A stretch of 64,000 nucleotides of DNA, taken from positions 29,264,001-29,328,000 of the forward strand of contig OZ286470.1 of assembly GCA_965644265.1 (NCBI GenBank), read 5' to 3'. Positions 10,886-23,171 of this stretch are shown here, in pieces. The stretch is from Glycera tridactyla. Taxonomy: Eukaryota. A model generated the notes under the pieces. The model was not told the origin of the DNA and did not search any database. It worked only from the letters and a program-made list of their open reading frames with translations. Within the stretch, counting starts at the first letter, position 1; each line of letters starts with the position of its first letter. The position numbers and the translations under genes were made by a program.

Positions 10886-11888
10886 GATATTGCTCATCAT
10901 GTTGTACTTCTGATGAAAATTTAGACACCAGGATTCAAAGAGAATCTACTGAATTGGCTCTGATCATATTTTTCTGAAATTCATCAGAAATCTGAAGTCA
11001 GATCCAGGTCAGCAAGAATGACTGATCGAATGGATATTGTGAGATCTAAAGTGTAGGTGCTGGTGAGTATCTGATTCACAGACTGAATCAGGATGAATGA
11101 ATTGTCTTCCCATCAATAGAAATAAAAAAACGAACTTGTTTCCCTTAACGCTAACAGCAAATTCCAAATCCAGGTAAGCTTTTTCAATCACTCCAGAACA
11201 TAGCATAAATGGTAACTGGGCTTTTCTCTGTGATTGCATACGGTGCTACTTCTGTGGATCAAGTTATTTCTATATCAGTCATCCACAGGAAGATAGAAAA
11301 ATGGCATGATTGGTGTGTTAACTTCAGATTTTTTCTCGACAAGTAAGTGAAGTCCGCAGTAGAGATTTGAATAGTGGATTGAGATGTGTTGAGACACAAA
11401 TATAGCCATGGATGAAGAATAGGTTGCATATATCTATTTATTTCCCACCAAAGAATATATGACAAGGACTCCTCTCTTTCTAATTTTGAGGAATGTATAC
11501 AGTAACTTTTAAGGCATCTGTGGTATGGAGGTGATGAATTCATCACGGTGTTGCTTGGAACAAATGTGGATTTCTATAGTTTCCTATGACTTGAGTGGCA
11601 ACTATGGTCTGTTATCTTAGTATGGCTTTTGTATGCAGTCACGTTTGGTATAATATACCCTACTTGAAATGAAATGTTGAGTGGCCAGCATCAGGGAAAG
11701 CTGGAAGAGATGAGATTATTTTTCCAGCAGTCATCGGGACCTGCATTGGTTATGCATCAGTGTATTCAACGCATATTCAAGTGATGTATGATCAGTTTTC
11801 ACCGGCTTTGTCTATGGCATTGAATTATGCATCCATACCCAAAACTGCTGGCGGCACACTGTAAACCTGTATCTATTGCCTCACAAAG

Positions 11889-12210
11889 ATGTCGGCTTTG
11901 TACAGTGCAGCAGCTTCCATCATCTGGCTGTATGAAATCATATCCCATTGTTATGCGTTATCCACTGGAGCATATTCTAAGTCAATTGACCGGTCACCAA
12001 TTTTTGACTTCCAAGCAAGTACGATTCAACATGTCCGTGGAATCCTGGAATGTGCTACAATCTGTCACCATGAAGATCATCAAACATCATCAACCTTCTT
12101 CTACAGCGATAACAAAAGATGTCGATGTTCAGCACATTCTCCGATTGGAGGAGATTCTGATATCCGAAGCCTTTACAGTGCATATGTTCCTACCCAACCT
12201 GATAAACCTG
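11889..12210 (+). CDS. First coding exon (signal peptide + Cys-rich PAN/WSC-like domain), unit A; its own LamG exon is missing
   Basis: AAG-ATG start; MSALYSAAASIIWLYEIISHCYA hydrophobic leader; C-x3-C-x18-C-x-C; ends CCTG|GTGAGT (phase 1 donor at 12211); intact frame. Confidence 0.65.
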
Positions 12211-12225
12211 GTGAGTCCATATTCA

Positions 12226-15200
12226 TGTAATCCTTCCAAATTGAAGAGCAACAAGAACCAGTCATCCGACAGGCTTGTAGGAGTATTCCCTCCTCAGACC
12301 AAGATGTTGACCATGGCTAGTGATCAGGTTCTAATTCGAGTTCCAAGTCAATGAACAGCAGGAAGTGAAGTAAAGACTTAATATGCCCAGGATTTTGTCC
12401 CATTTAAACAATGGCTTCACTCCTGTGGATGTTAGTTCAGAAGTTAGACGTCACAACTGTCTAGAAGATGAAAAAGTTTGCATGATCAGACTTTTCTGGT
12501 ACTCATTCTTGATTTGCTTACCCTATTGAAAACAGATCTATGAACACACACTTCATTTCAAATTCAACAGATAATGACCAGTACAAAAGAGCACAAAGAT
12601 ATAGAATTGAGATTGTAAATGTATATTTAATTTTATGAGAAAAAGGTCGATGATGGATGAGACATAGTCAATGTATGATCAGTGTACCCCACATCAAACT
12701 CATGATAATATGGTAGTGATAAATCACAAAATATCAGAAGATGGATATACAAAAGGGTATTTCAGATCGGCTTTGCAACAAGCATCACAGAACTGGTATA
12801 TATGGCTGGTAAGTGGAGGTTGGTTCAACTCTCGACAACCATCAGATCTTTGCATTCACTCCAATCACACAGAAAGTTATAAATTCCCATGTTGAGATAC
12901 AATACAAGTAAATATATGACCTCAGAATATAAGAGGAATGTTTATAAGAAAAACACAGTCCTGATTTACTGATCCAAATGCGATGATCCAACGATGTCTG
13001 TAGCTTGGTAGAAAGGGAACTGTAAATTGAGAGTAGCTGTAATCAGAGCATGATTAATGAAGTCCCTGAAAAGTCAGTGTGCACACTATATAGTTAGAGC
13101 TCAAGAATATGATCTAAAGTCAGATATAGCGTGGCCACGCGAGATGATTCACGGAAGAATATCAATCGCGTGAGATACTCGTGTATCAGTTCGATTTCAG
13201 AACGAAGACGATCGAAGAGATGACTTTGTCGAACGGAGAGTATTTGGCAAGTCCTCTCGGTAGAGAATACGCAAAGTATAGGGAAGACTTTAAGATCAAG
13301 TCGTACTTCTCACCATATTGTATGAGGGCCAGATAAGACCTCACAATCCGACATCTCATTCATCAAAGACGGCGCCCAAGAGACTCGGACTAAGTCCCAA
13401 CAGCTGTCGTCCTGGTTAGTTCTCCATCAGATAGAGAAGGGCTAGTGACCTCACCAGTCACGGTTGGTCCTCCATAGGCCCGGAGTAAGGCGAATTGAAG
13501 CTGTAGCTCTGGAGAGAGCGCACCTCCCTCAACGCTCAATTGAAGACTTCAGAACACATTTTTGCTGCAAAAAAGACAGAAAAAGTCTCCTACCATGATG
13601 CTCCAAAATAATTCACTAAGGTGAGTGGCTCCCAAGAATTTAAAATTATTTTTACTGGGTTCAATCTCAAAAAAGTTTCTAAGTTTTTTGCGTGCTCTTA
13701 GTTGCTAGTGCAGTGCCAGATCTATTATAGTGGAAAGGCAAGATCCCACTGATCCACACTAACTAAATAGCAATAAGATCGCAAAAAGAGAAAGAGATTG
13801 AATTAAAGTTTCCAGTTACTTGAAATTTCAACTAAATAGTTGAATAAATTGTCAAAGGACAATTCAAAAAAATTTACCGTTGAAAAGAAATCTCAATGCC
13901 CAAAGTCATAACCAACTAAGAAGGCACTTAGCGAACTAAGTTAATCAATTCATGAGAATTGGCATTAAAAGATCATCAGCTGTGATATAGAGAGCTAAGT
14001 CCATGGGGAAATGAACTAGAAAGGTGAACACACCAAGTCCTCTCTATACCAGCTGGGTTACGATGCAGCAGTAAACAGAAAAAGATATGAAGTCCAACTG
14101 TCTGCATGAAAAGAGCAGGCACGCTTTTCAATTCAAAATAGTAAAGTCTCAATTCAAAAATAATTCAAAAATTTGAATTAATTCAAAATTGATTCTGAAT
14201 AATAAATTCAAATTCAGAATAAATTCAAATTATCAAAGAACCACTATCTAGACAGGCAGGCTTTTATAGACAGTATCAGCTACCAGATACCACTCACCGG
14301 AGGCAGGTGGCAGTGAGCTGAAATCAACACAAGTTTTCCCTCCCATTTCAGTGTGAATCAAAACTAACATAGACCGGAACGTGCTAAGTCATGGCTGCAG
14401 TGGCAGCTGGGTCTAAGTTCCGATCAACCAAGTCCAAACCAAGTGCTAAAGTCTCAAAATTCCAAAATCCCAAAATTTTGACAGATTTCCATGCGTGAGC
14501 AAAGTCTAAAGCCAAAAAGTGAAAAAGAAATCCAAAAATACAGAACGGCTGAGTATTATCTGCAGTCCCATGGTCACCAACCACAAACACAAATGCGCTT
14601 ATGTAATAAGACAATGTGGGGGTGGGGTAGCGATGCGCCAAGTCTAAGGTGACGCGCTAAGTTAACGCAGTCACACACCAAGTAGCAAAAACCCGACAGC
14701 TAGAATTTCAAAAGCCAGCAATTCACAATCACCGAGAAACAATTCCGATCAGTTCTACATTTGTTTCAAACTCTTTCAGCTCAAAATGAAAAGTTACAAA
14801 CTGGCTGGAAAAGTCAAAGCGGATCAAAACTCAAAGTGAGGCTATCCAAAATGACGGACGGAAATCCAAAATGGCGGATTGTTTACATCCAATCGATCAG
14901 CAAGAAAGCTCTAGATCGGTCAGACATTGGTCTATAACATTTCAAAGCTCAAAAAGAAAGCGGATTCAGCTGCTTTTCTTTACAAAAACAAACCGTTTAC
15001 AAACACCGAATTTTGATGGCCAAAAAATTGTTCAAAAACATTTTCCTTCAAAAGTGACGTTCAACGTGACTCAGCACATCTTTTAGCATTAAAATCTTGA
15101 AGTGGTCACAAGTGACAGGTTGGTCTCAATAGAGAGGTATGCCTCCAAAAGTAGGTCACGGGGTTTAGGAACAAAACATCGGGCCTAGGGTGCTTAGGGA

Positions 15201-18200
15201 AGATCCGTGCTTAGGGTACTCGACGCTTAGGACAAGAAAAGGGCTTTAAAGGACCGGACAAGTCCGAAGAAAGTCTAGTTTCAAGTCTGGCATATTCCCC
15301 ACTAGCGATTCTGTCTCGAAAACAAACGGGCCTCAGTTTGCTTTCCTCTTTCCGTTTCCATTACAACTAGAGTGCCACAACTTCACCAGCGGATCTCCAA
15401 GTATATAATGCGATAAAAACAAACTTTTGACTTTGATTCCCATCAAATCAATGGGTGTACTTCAAGAACAAGGCTTTCTGATATGAAAACGTTATAAAAC
15501 CGATAGTTTCAAGCATATTTGATCGGTCGATTAATCGATTAATCGATAGGTTGATCGAACAAAAATCTCAGATTTTCACACCGTTTGATCGACGTTTGAT
15601 ATAATAACACTACTGTAAAACCATTTCGCCGAAACCCAATGTTTTCATGGAAAATTCCAGCGAAAACTGAATAGAATGAAGGGCTCTCTATCGAATGATT
15701 GAGAAGGACAAGAAACATCAAATCAGCTGTGCGCGCTATTTGTGACCGAAAGCATGGCTTCACCTGAGCGGTGACCTGGATTGTACAGACATGACATCGA
15801 GCTCCATTGTTGGGGCTGCCAACTGATGTCGGTTTCCAGCTCTGCGCACATGGACTAGGTCAAGCTTCAGATACCAAAACCACTTAGTGTACATGGGTGG
15901 TAAGGCCATGTACTATATCCTTTGGGCTCTTAAGGAGCGCACCTCAGGCTGGATACCTTTCCGGCTTAGGAGCCACCTAAGCCCTCCCTGCTTCCCTGAG
16001 ACTACTTTTCATAATCCCTGATCACAGAGAGCACAGCTTGCAAAAAAGCTAACTGTGGCCTGACTGTACATTGAGCCATCTTGAGCATCAAATTCTTCAA
16101 GATGACCGGCTGGTGACCCAGTCGATAGCGATCGGGACATCTTAGTCACCCAAGAGCCTAACCGACGGTCTGATCCATTGTGGGTTCATGCCACCCGATC
16201 TAAACTGAGCAATGAACTTTGACCGTTTTCACCAGCCTTGCCTGTCACATACATCCTACCAAGAATGGACTATAAAAAATTCAAGGATGCATGCTAGGTG
16301 TGGACTGTCATCCACGTACCACATTTGACCCCTTATCGATATTTCAGACCGTCATAGAAAAAGTTAACAAAAGCAATACCATGAACAATACTGTTAATAG
16401 TAAGTCGTAAAAATGTATTGCAAATCATTTGAATAAACCAACCTTCTTCTGGAAAATTGACCCTCAATACGGACAGTATGGCCAAAATGCCGACTAGACG
16501 GTACCACAGTACTGTGTCAATTCACAGTTCGCTAGACACGTGGGCCATTCAGTGTCTCCCATGCACTATACTTTCAAAGTTTTACGTGCCCCTAGATCCT
16601 CACGGATCCACTGCCGCCTGTTCAGTGCACATTGTATAAGGAGCCTATCCCTCTTGAGTACACTGAATTTGAAAGAAATAAACTGCTGTTTCAGTCTAAA
16701 ACATTCATTAGAAAGTGTATTCACAGCGAAAACACTGCAAATAGTTTGCCTATTAACACGAACGGTGCCACAGTGATAAAATTGAATTATTCAATACACT
16801 GCATTATACCACGCTTGTAAACGGTCGTTCATGCAATAACTACGATATTTAGGGCTATATTGAGACGCTCAACGGTTCATTTCGAACGCTCCCCTCACTC
16901 AGCAAACCCAGTGAGTCCAAGCGTTTTCAGACAATCTGACAGCACTCTGCTTAGCCCTGTTCCTCCCATACTGGCGTACTGCGCCGGGAACAATACTGGA
17001 AGAACACGGCCCAGTTCCTCGCAGTTCCACTAGTTCCACATGTTCCAGAAAGTTTCTCACATTCACCGGAACAGCACAGGGAATTCACAGAAATGCCACA
17101 GACGGTATAAAACGGAAATTAGCTAATAAATGCACGGGGCATGGGGCATCTTACCGGGCAACATTTTGAATATCACATATATCCAAAACACGATTTTCAC
17201 GACCACGTATGCTTGAAAATTGAGAATTTAACAAATGCAAATCATGGAAAATCCGGTGGCATGTTATGGCATGGTACTCAATATGGCCTGAGGAGCAAAA
17301 TGTTACAGAGCTCCTAAAATATGCAACCTGATAGCTCCTACATAAACTAACGACTCTATCACTGACTTACTTCGTAAGCGGAGGTTTCAGTTGTCCATTA
17401 TGAAGGAAGCATCATCATATCCAACGCAGCAACACTTCTTCAACGTAGGTGCGCTCTCTCCAGGGTAGAGTCTTCAAGTGCCGGTTTCTCGGCAGTGAAG
17501 GGTTTTATAACATTACCCTGGAGAGGCAAGCAGGTACTTTTACATTAGCAGGAATGTTGAATGTCAACCCCCACAACCGGTATGCTTCGCTTGGACATGA
17601 TTTTCCAGCTAAAACGGATCCATTTCGGTCAGATTTCAAAGGAAAGTGTTGTCACTTTCCAGAGCGGAATCTCTGTCTCGACTCTGCACAGACCGCCGAA
17701 GGGATACGTTCTGGGAACCTCACAAGAGACAAATCGAGTCGAAATCCGGCCTCGAAATGACACTAAAATCGGCGTAACTTTTTACCGACTAAAGATACAT
17801 TCTCCTAACTTGGGATATAATTCGGCCCCGATATCATGGATATCACATAAACTTTTGGACGTCCTAACTCCAAAATTGAAGGAATGGCGCCCATTTAACC
17901 GAGTACTCCTAGTTTCATGACAAGCAGGGCTCAAATTGAGTTCGCGTCTTCATAGGCGCATAACTTGATCGCTAGTTGCCATGACAACGTATTTAAAAAA
18001 ATACAATAACATTTAGATGGAAATAAACGCATCACACCAAAATACGGCGATTTATATGAGATAAAACGCGTTATTCACCCATCTAATGAGTTTATTACCC
18101 ATTCTCGGGACTGAATACTAGTACCGAGGGCCTCAAGTGGAAATCCGCGGATTTCACTAAATGGAATCCCTATCATATTCATACTAATTCTAATAACACG

Positions 18201-18226
18201 CGCGGATACCAATCCGTAGTGTTACA
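12226..18226. mobile_element. 6.0-kb non-coding insertion with LTR-like termini (solo-LTR-like or non-autonomous)
   Basis: Starts TGTAA, ends TTACA; TTCA duplicated at 12222-12225 and 18227-18230; single TTCA in empty paralogous site 38650-38653; no recognisable long ORF. Confidence 0.75.
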
Positions 18227-20470
18227 TTCAGTTATCAGATTATGCCATATTCGAGCCATATATCGTCTTTCCTCAACATGACTAAAATATTTGATATTGA
18301 TAATCATGAGCCATGAAAGCAATGACATGCCAATCTTTCTCAAGTTGAACATCCATGCCATTCATCTATCCCACTCATCCTGGATAATACATGGTCAGGG
18401 TCTGAAAAATGTTATGTTACAGAAACATATTCATAAAGCTCTGAAATCCAGTCAAACTGAATAAATCAGCTAGAATTGGCTGTATGAAGTCACATCTTAT
18501 TGTTATGCATTATCCACAGAAGAATATTCGCAAGTCCAGTTAATGCAATTCACACTAATACAGCCGTGGATCACAAAAAACAAGTATACATTCAAAGGTT
18601 GTAGCTGCCATTAGACATCACATTGATTGATTATTAATATATGAATATAGTCAAGTGGCACACCTTCATTTTGACCGGTCTCATGGCTTGGTTAGCTTAT
18701 TCATAGTTGCCATGGTAACCATAGACACAACAGATATCTATGAGAGGTCGTCCTTAGCGATCATCATTGTATTGGCATCCCAGTATAACACATAAGAGAC
18801 TGGCATGATGACGGAAAAGAAGTGACGGCCGAAAAAAGATCTCAACCACCGGTCAAAGGCTATCCTGAGACTGCTAGGACATGTCCGGCATGTCAGCTTC
18901 AAACATTTTTCGGTGATTTTATATGGCATGATAAGGTGTCCCCCCTCTCAGGGGACACCTTTTGCAAACATTCCAAAAGTCCTACCATCTGTTTCAAGAT
19001 AAATTCGACCAACCACACATTGGTATTCTGGTGAGACAAAGTCAATCTGAGGTAACAGTGATTATTCATGCCTTTCTACCGCACTTGGTGCTCATCCTGA
19101 GAGTGGAGAGTGGAGGTCAGCTGTCCAAACACTGGGCGCCATGAGTAGTTCTAAGTTTGGAAACACAATTATATTTCTAGCAATTCCATGTCAATAATCT
19201 TGTCATCCCTTGCAGTGCAGAGAATCTTATTCGAATGGGGCCATCAGGTGAAAGCAGCAAATTGATTAACTGCATCACTTGTAGGAAATATGGCCTCCAA
19301 TATGTTGGCCGAACAGGCTGAAATTGACATGAATGATTTGGCGATCATTCGAATCACATTCTAGCCAAGGATTCAACTGAAGATGTGTGCAGACATCACA
19401 ACACATCTGGACATAAAAGCCTAATGGATATGAAAATCACCGTTTCGGGATTTATTTTTGTATCCCCCCCTTCTAAAGGGACTGATCGCTATATCCCTGA
19501 GATAACAAATAGAATTTGATTGGATTCAGTGGCCGAGAACAATGCTCCCTGGACTCAACACGGAGGACTACACTCTTCCAACAGTTGATAAAAGAAATTG
19601 CGAGGGATGCACTGAGATAGACACAAAAATTATACGAATAGATCTGTCACTTATATTTGGATGTGGCAGATACTTTCCATTTGGTTGCATCGTGACTCCA
19701 GTAAAAGAATGCCATCTAGCTATGATGATGTTGAACCAGAACCCATTCTCCAAACCTGCATGTAAAGTGCATGCTATGTAGTGTTCATTAAAAAGTGTAG
19801 TAGTAGTAGTAGTATGTAGTAGTGATTTCTTTATTTTAGTTCTTCATTCAATCACAAATCCAATATATAGTATGACATAATATGTATAGTAATACAATTG
19901 CATATGTGATAAAGCTTTTACCCTCAAAAGGAGGATCTTCTCAAGCCGACGAAAGATAAGACTTTCTTGTTCGTTACAAGTGATACTGATGAAGGAATGA
20001 ATAAAGATATGAGAGTGATGGGAAGACAGAAAACAGAAACTGTGACAGAGACACTGCGGACATACTAGTAATATGCAAGAGCAAACAGTAATGAAACAGA
20101 ACTAAAGATGTATAAACTGAGAACCAATTAGGAACAAATTAAGTACTGATTGGGTACCAAGATTGGCGTTGGAACATACCTTACAGCTATGTTAGACCCA
20201 GTCAGAGACGACAATGAAATTCGAAGTGCTTTAAAATCTAATTGTCTCCGGGTCGGGGACATAGTTCCATTCAATGATCTCTAATTGGAAGCAATGCCTC
20301 ATGCACCAGGTGTAAGAGGCAGGATAAACAGCAGCAATGCCAACAGACGACAGGTTAGTGAGTGCAAGCAAATGATTGAAATAAGGAATATCTCGATGAA
20401 AATATTTGTTTTTTTTATATTTGACCATGTCTTATATAGGAGTACATGGAAATATGATACAAATATACTG

Positions 20471-20831
20471 AGTTATTGTAGCGAATCATACAAGAATGAT
20501 GTTTTCTATCAATGGGGAGATATCATCTGTTGGTTTATTGCCCATTGCAGTGCATATATGAGTTATTGTAGCGAATCATACAAGAATGATATTTTATATC
20601 AATGGGGAGATATCACCTGTTGGTTTATTGCCCATTGCAGTGCATATATAAGTTATTATAGCGAATCATACAAAAATGGTGTTTTCTATCAATGGGGAGA
20701 TATCATCTGTTGGTTTATTGCCCATAGCAGTGCATATATAAGTTATTATAGGGAATCATACGAGAATGATATTTTCTATCAATGGGGAGATATCATCTGT
20801 TGGTTTATTACCCATAGCAGTGCATATATAA
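20471..20831 (+). repeat. 90-bp minisatellite, 4 copies (unit A')
   Basis: Same unit as 2459-2820. Confidence 0.92.
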
Positions 20832-21310
20832 CAAAAATACATGTTCTCACATATTGTCTTTGGTGTTGTAACTGTTCAAATGTATTCCATGAAAAAAGTG
20901 TCGCTTCAATCTTGATAGCGCTGGTGATGGATATGCCCGAACTTTTTTGAAATCGTGATGAAATTCTGAAGCCATTCCGAGGCTTTTTTCTGGAATACAT
21001 AGTATGCGTGAGTGATTTCTTCTGTTTCTGATCATTATATCGTCATGTGCCCAGACAAGGGCAGGGGAGAGTGGGGGGAATCAGGGTCTATCCAGAGTGG
21101 GAAGTGTAAGCTGTCGAGCTCTGAATAGACAAGTTGCAGATATTAGAGTAGCAGGTCGCCTTGGTTCATACCTCTGAGTATATGAAGCACCTGTGTGTGA
21201 TACTTCCCTACTTTTCTCATAGCCTACATACTTACCTGTGTTTCTGTGGTGGAATAAAGACAATAAATTCAAATCCAGCCATTCTGTCTCTTACTGCAAC
21301 AGCAAATATC

Positions 21311-21500
21311 GGATCTATCTGTACCATTTCTCCCTCAAATTCTGCATTCCCCAGGCCGAATGCCTACTTGCGAACATAACAACAATATAAACTTTTCAAT
21401 TAGAGGATGTAACCTCCCCCCGACCTCCATTCCACCAGGTGGCTATGAATACCTAGCCACCAGAGGTCGGCCCGTCTGCTGTGTTTATCTGTGTATTTTT
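21311..21500 (+). repeat. DIRS left inverted terminal repeat (~190 bp)
   Basis: Reverse complement of 29623-29812 with about 4 mismatches. Confidence 0.9.
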
Positions 21501-22148
21501 CAACTTCGCGCCGTTGCAGCAAGTTGGGAGATACCCGGGCTCCGCGTAAAAGATACTTTTGCGTGCCTACGGCGCTTCAGAGGATACACATATTCGCATC
21601 ATATCATTCGGAATAGTATTGCTATCATTCGGAATATTGCGATTTAACCTCTGGAGTGTAATTGCGAATTTTGGTTGCCCGTAATTGTGTTATTGTACGG
21701 TACGTGTGTGGGATCACGGGGCGGACCCTCGAGGGCATCCGCCGTGCGCGGTATGTCACCGGGGCCGGAGCGGTCCGGTGTCCGTTGAATGTTGTCCAGT
21801 TTGAAACTACAATTAGGTGTCCCGGTATTATAGAGTGCGGGTGGTGTAACGGTTAGAGTTCGGGGCTTCCATCCTGGCGGCCGGGGTTCGCCTCCCCGCC
21901 TAGGAATAGTTTTGATAAGATTGCTATTGTTGTCCAAAATTTGACCGTAGTCCAATTGGAAACTACATGTTGTCCGATGTCCGGTAGCTCATCGCAATTC
22001 GCTAGTTTATCACATTTGTGTTAGTCAATAGATGTCCGGTGTCCGGTACTCATCGCTGCGGCCGGGATTTCTCTCGGCCGGTTGCACGGGAAATACAGTT
22101 TACGGGCGGCAGCGTGCAGCGCTCATCGCTAAATTCAACTGGGGAAGG

Positions 22149-22331
22149 TTCCCCGCCTAGAATTATTTTGTCGGATTGAAAATTCTTGTTTAGCCTGCAC
22201 CTTCGTAGCGTTGTCCGGATTCGTGCGTTCGCGGCATCAATAGTCGTAGCGTTGTTGGTAGCTTCCCCGCCTAGAATTATTTTGTCGGATTGAAATTCTT
22301 GTTTGGCCTCCGTCTTCGTAGCGTTGTCCGG
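22149..22331 (+). repeat. Two ~70-bp direct repeats in the DIRS 5' UTR (22149-22218, 22263-22331)
   Basis: TTCCCCGCCTAGAATTATTTTGTCGGATTGAAA...CTTCGTAGCGTTGTCCGG twice. Confidence 0.85.
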
Positions 22332-22889
22332 TGGCGAAACGGTAGCGTGCAGCGCACTCATCGCTGCGGCCGGGGTTCGATTCTCGGTCTGAATATCAAT
22401 TTTTACTCAGATTCGTAGCGTTGCTTTGTTGTTAAGTTTGACACTACCTGTCCGGTGTCCGGCGGCAACTAGATACAACAATGGTGTCTGTAGTACTACT
22501 TAACATCCCTTAGATGATATGGGGATGTATAGACCACTGATTTTTTCACTCCTCAGACAGTTCACAGTTGTTTGATTGTATTGCTTGTTGAAATGGTTCA
22601 CATTGTGGACCTGTGATTTTCATATCATTGTTTGTATTGTGGCTGAAATGACTCCTATTGAGTCGGTGTGAGCCAAAGGTTTGATGAAATGGCCGAAAGG
22701 TCTGTGATTTTCATACCCTTACCTGTCCTTGTTTGCTGTGCTGAGTGAGTTACATATATGAGCTACACATATGAGTTACACATTGATATACCCCGAGTGA
22801 ATTATACATACTGCCGGTGGACGTTCATGATTCCGTGAGTGATCCCACACTGCCAAACTATCAATTGCGTTATACTTTAATAAGTAAAT

Positions 22890-23168
22890 ATGTCTGGCCA
22901 AAAGCACGGGAATTGTGGCCACTTTATGGCGGCATGGGACAACCATGTGTTGTGCCCTTCGTGCAGAGAGTGTGGCAAGTCAGAGGACGTAGCCAAATAT
23001 GGCCAGAAAGTGTGCAATATTTGTGCTGTGTGGTCAATCGATTGCTGGGCTGCACACTATAAAAGACGGAAATTTGCGTCAAAAAAGAAGGCGACTTCTA
23101 AAAATGGCTCTTCAGTCACTTCTGAACCACCTAAAATGAAATCACTGTCAGTTGTTCTCCCGAAATAG
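22890..23168 (+). CDS. N-terminal Cys/His finger segment of the DIRS gag-like ORF, cut off by an in-frame TAG
   Basis: CGHF..NHVLCPSCRECG..VCNICAVW; same frame as 23172..25883, separated only by TAG 23166-23168 and one codon. Confidence 0.7.
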   Translation: MSGQKHGNCGHFMAAWDNHVLCPSCRECGKSEDVAKYGQKVCNICAVWSIDCWAAHYKRRKFASKKKATSKNGSSVTSEPPKMKSLSVVLPK

Positions 23169-23171
23169 TCT

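Larger units (their letters stand above)
494..18735 (+). repeat. Segmental repeat unit A (core ~12.2 kb plus 6.0 kb insertion)
   Basis: Colinear near-identity with 18732-39158 and 40731-50497; many ORF-track peptides recur (e.g. 500..691, 18738..18929). Confidence 0.92.

Noticed and set aside
15190-15230. TTAGGG telomere-like repeats
   Set aside because: Only two or three dispersed GCTTAGG motifs, not a tandem array.
12226-18226. Intact LTR retrotransposon
   Set aside because: No second copy of either terminus inside the element and no gag/pol ORF.
20285-20950. 221-aa ORF as a gene
   Set aside because: Built from the 90-bp minisatellite; frameshifted in unit A and unit differences are mostly non-synonymous.
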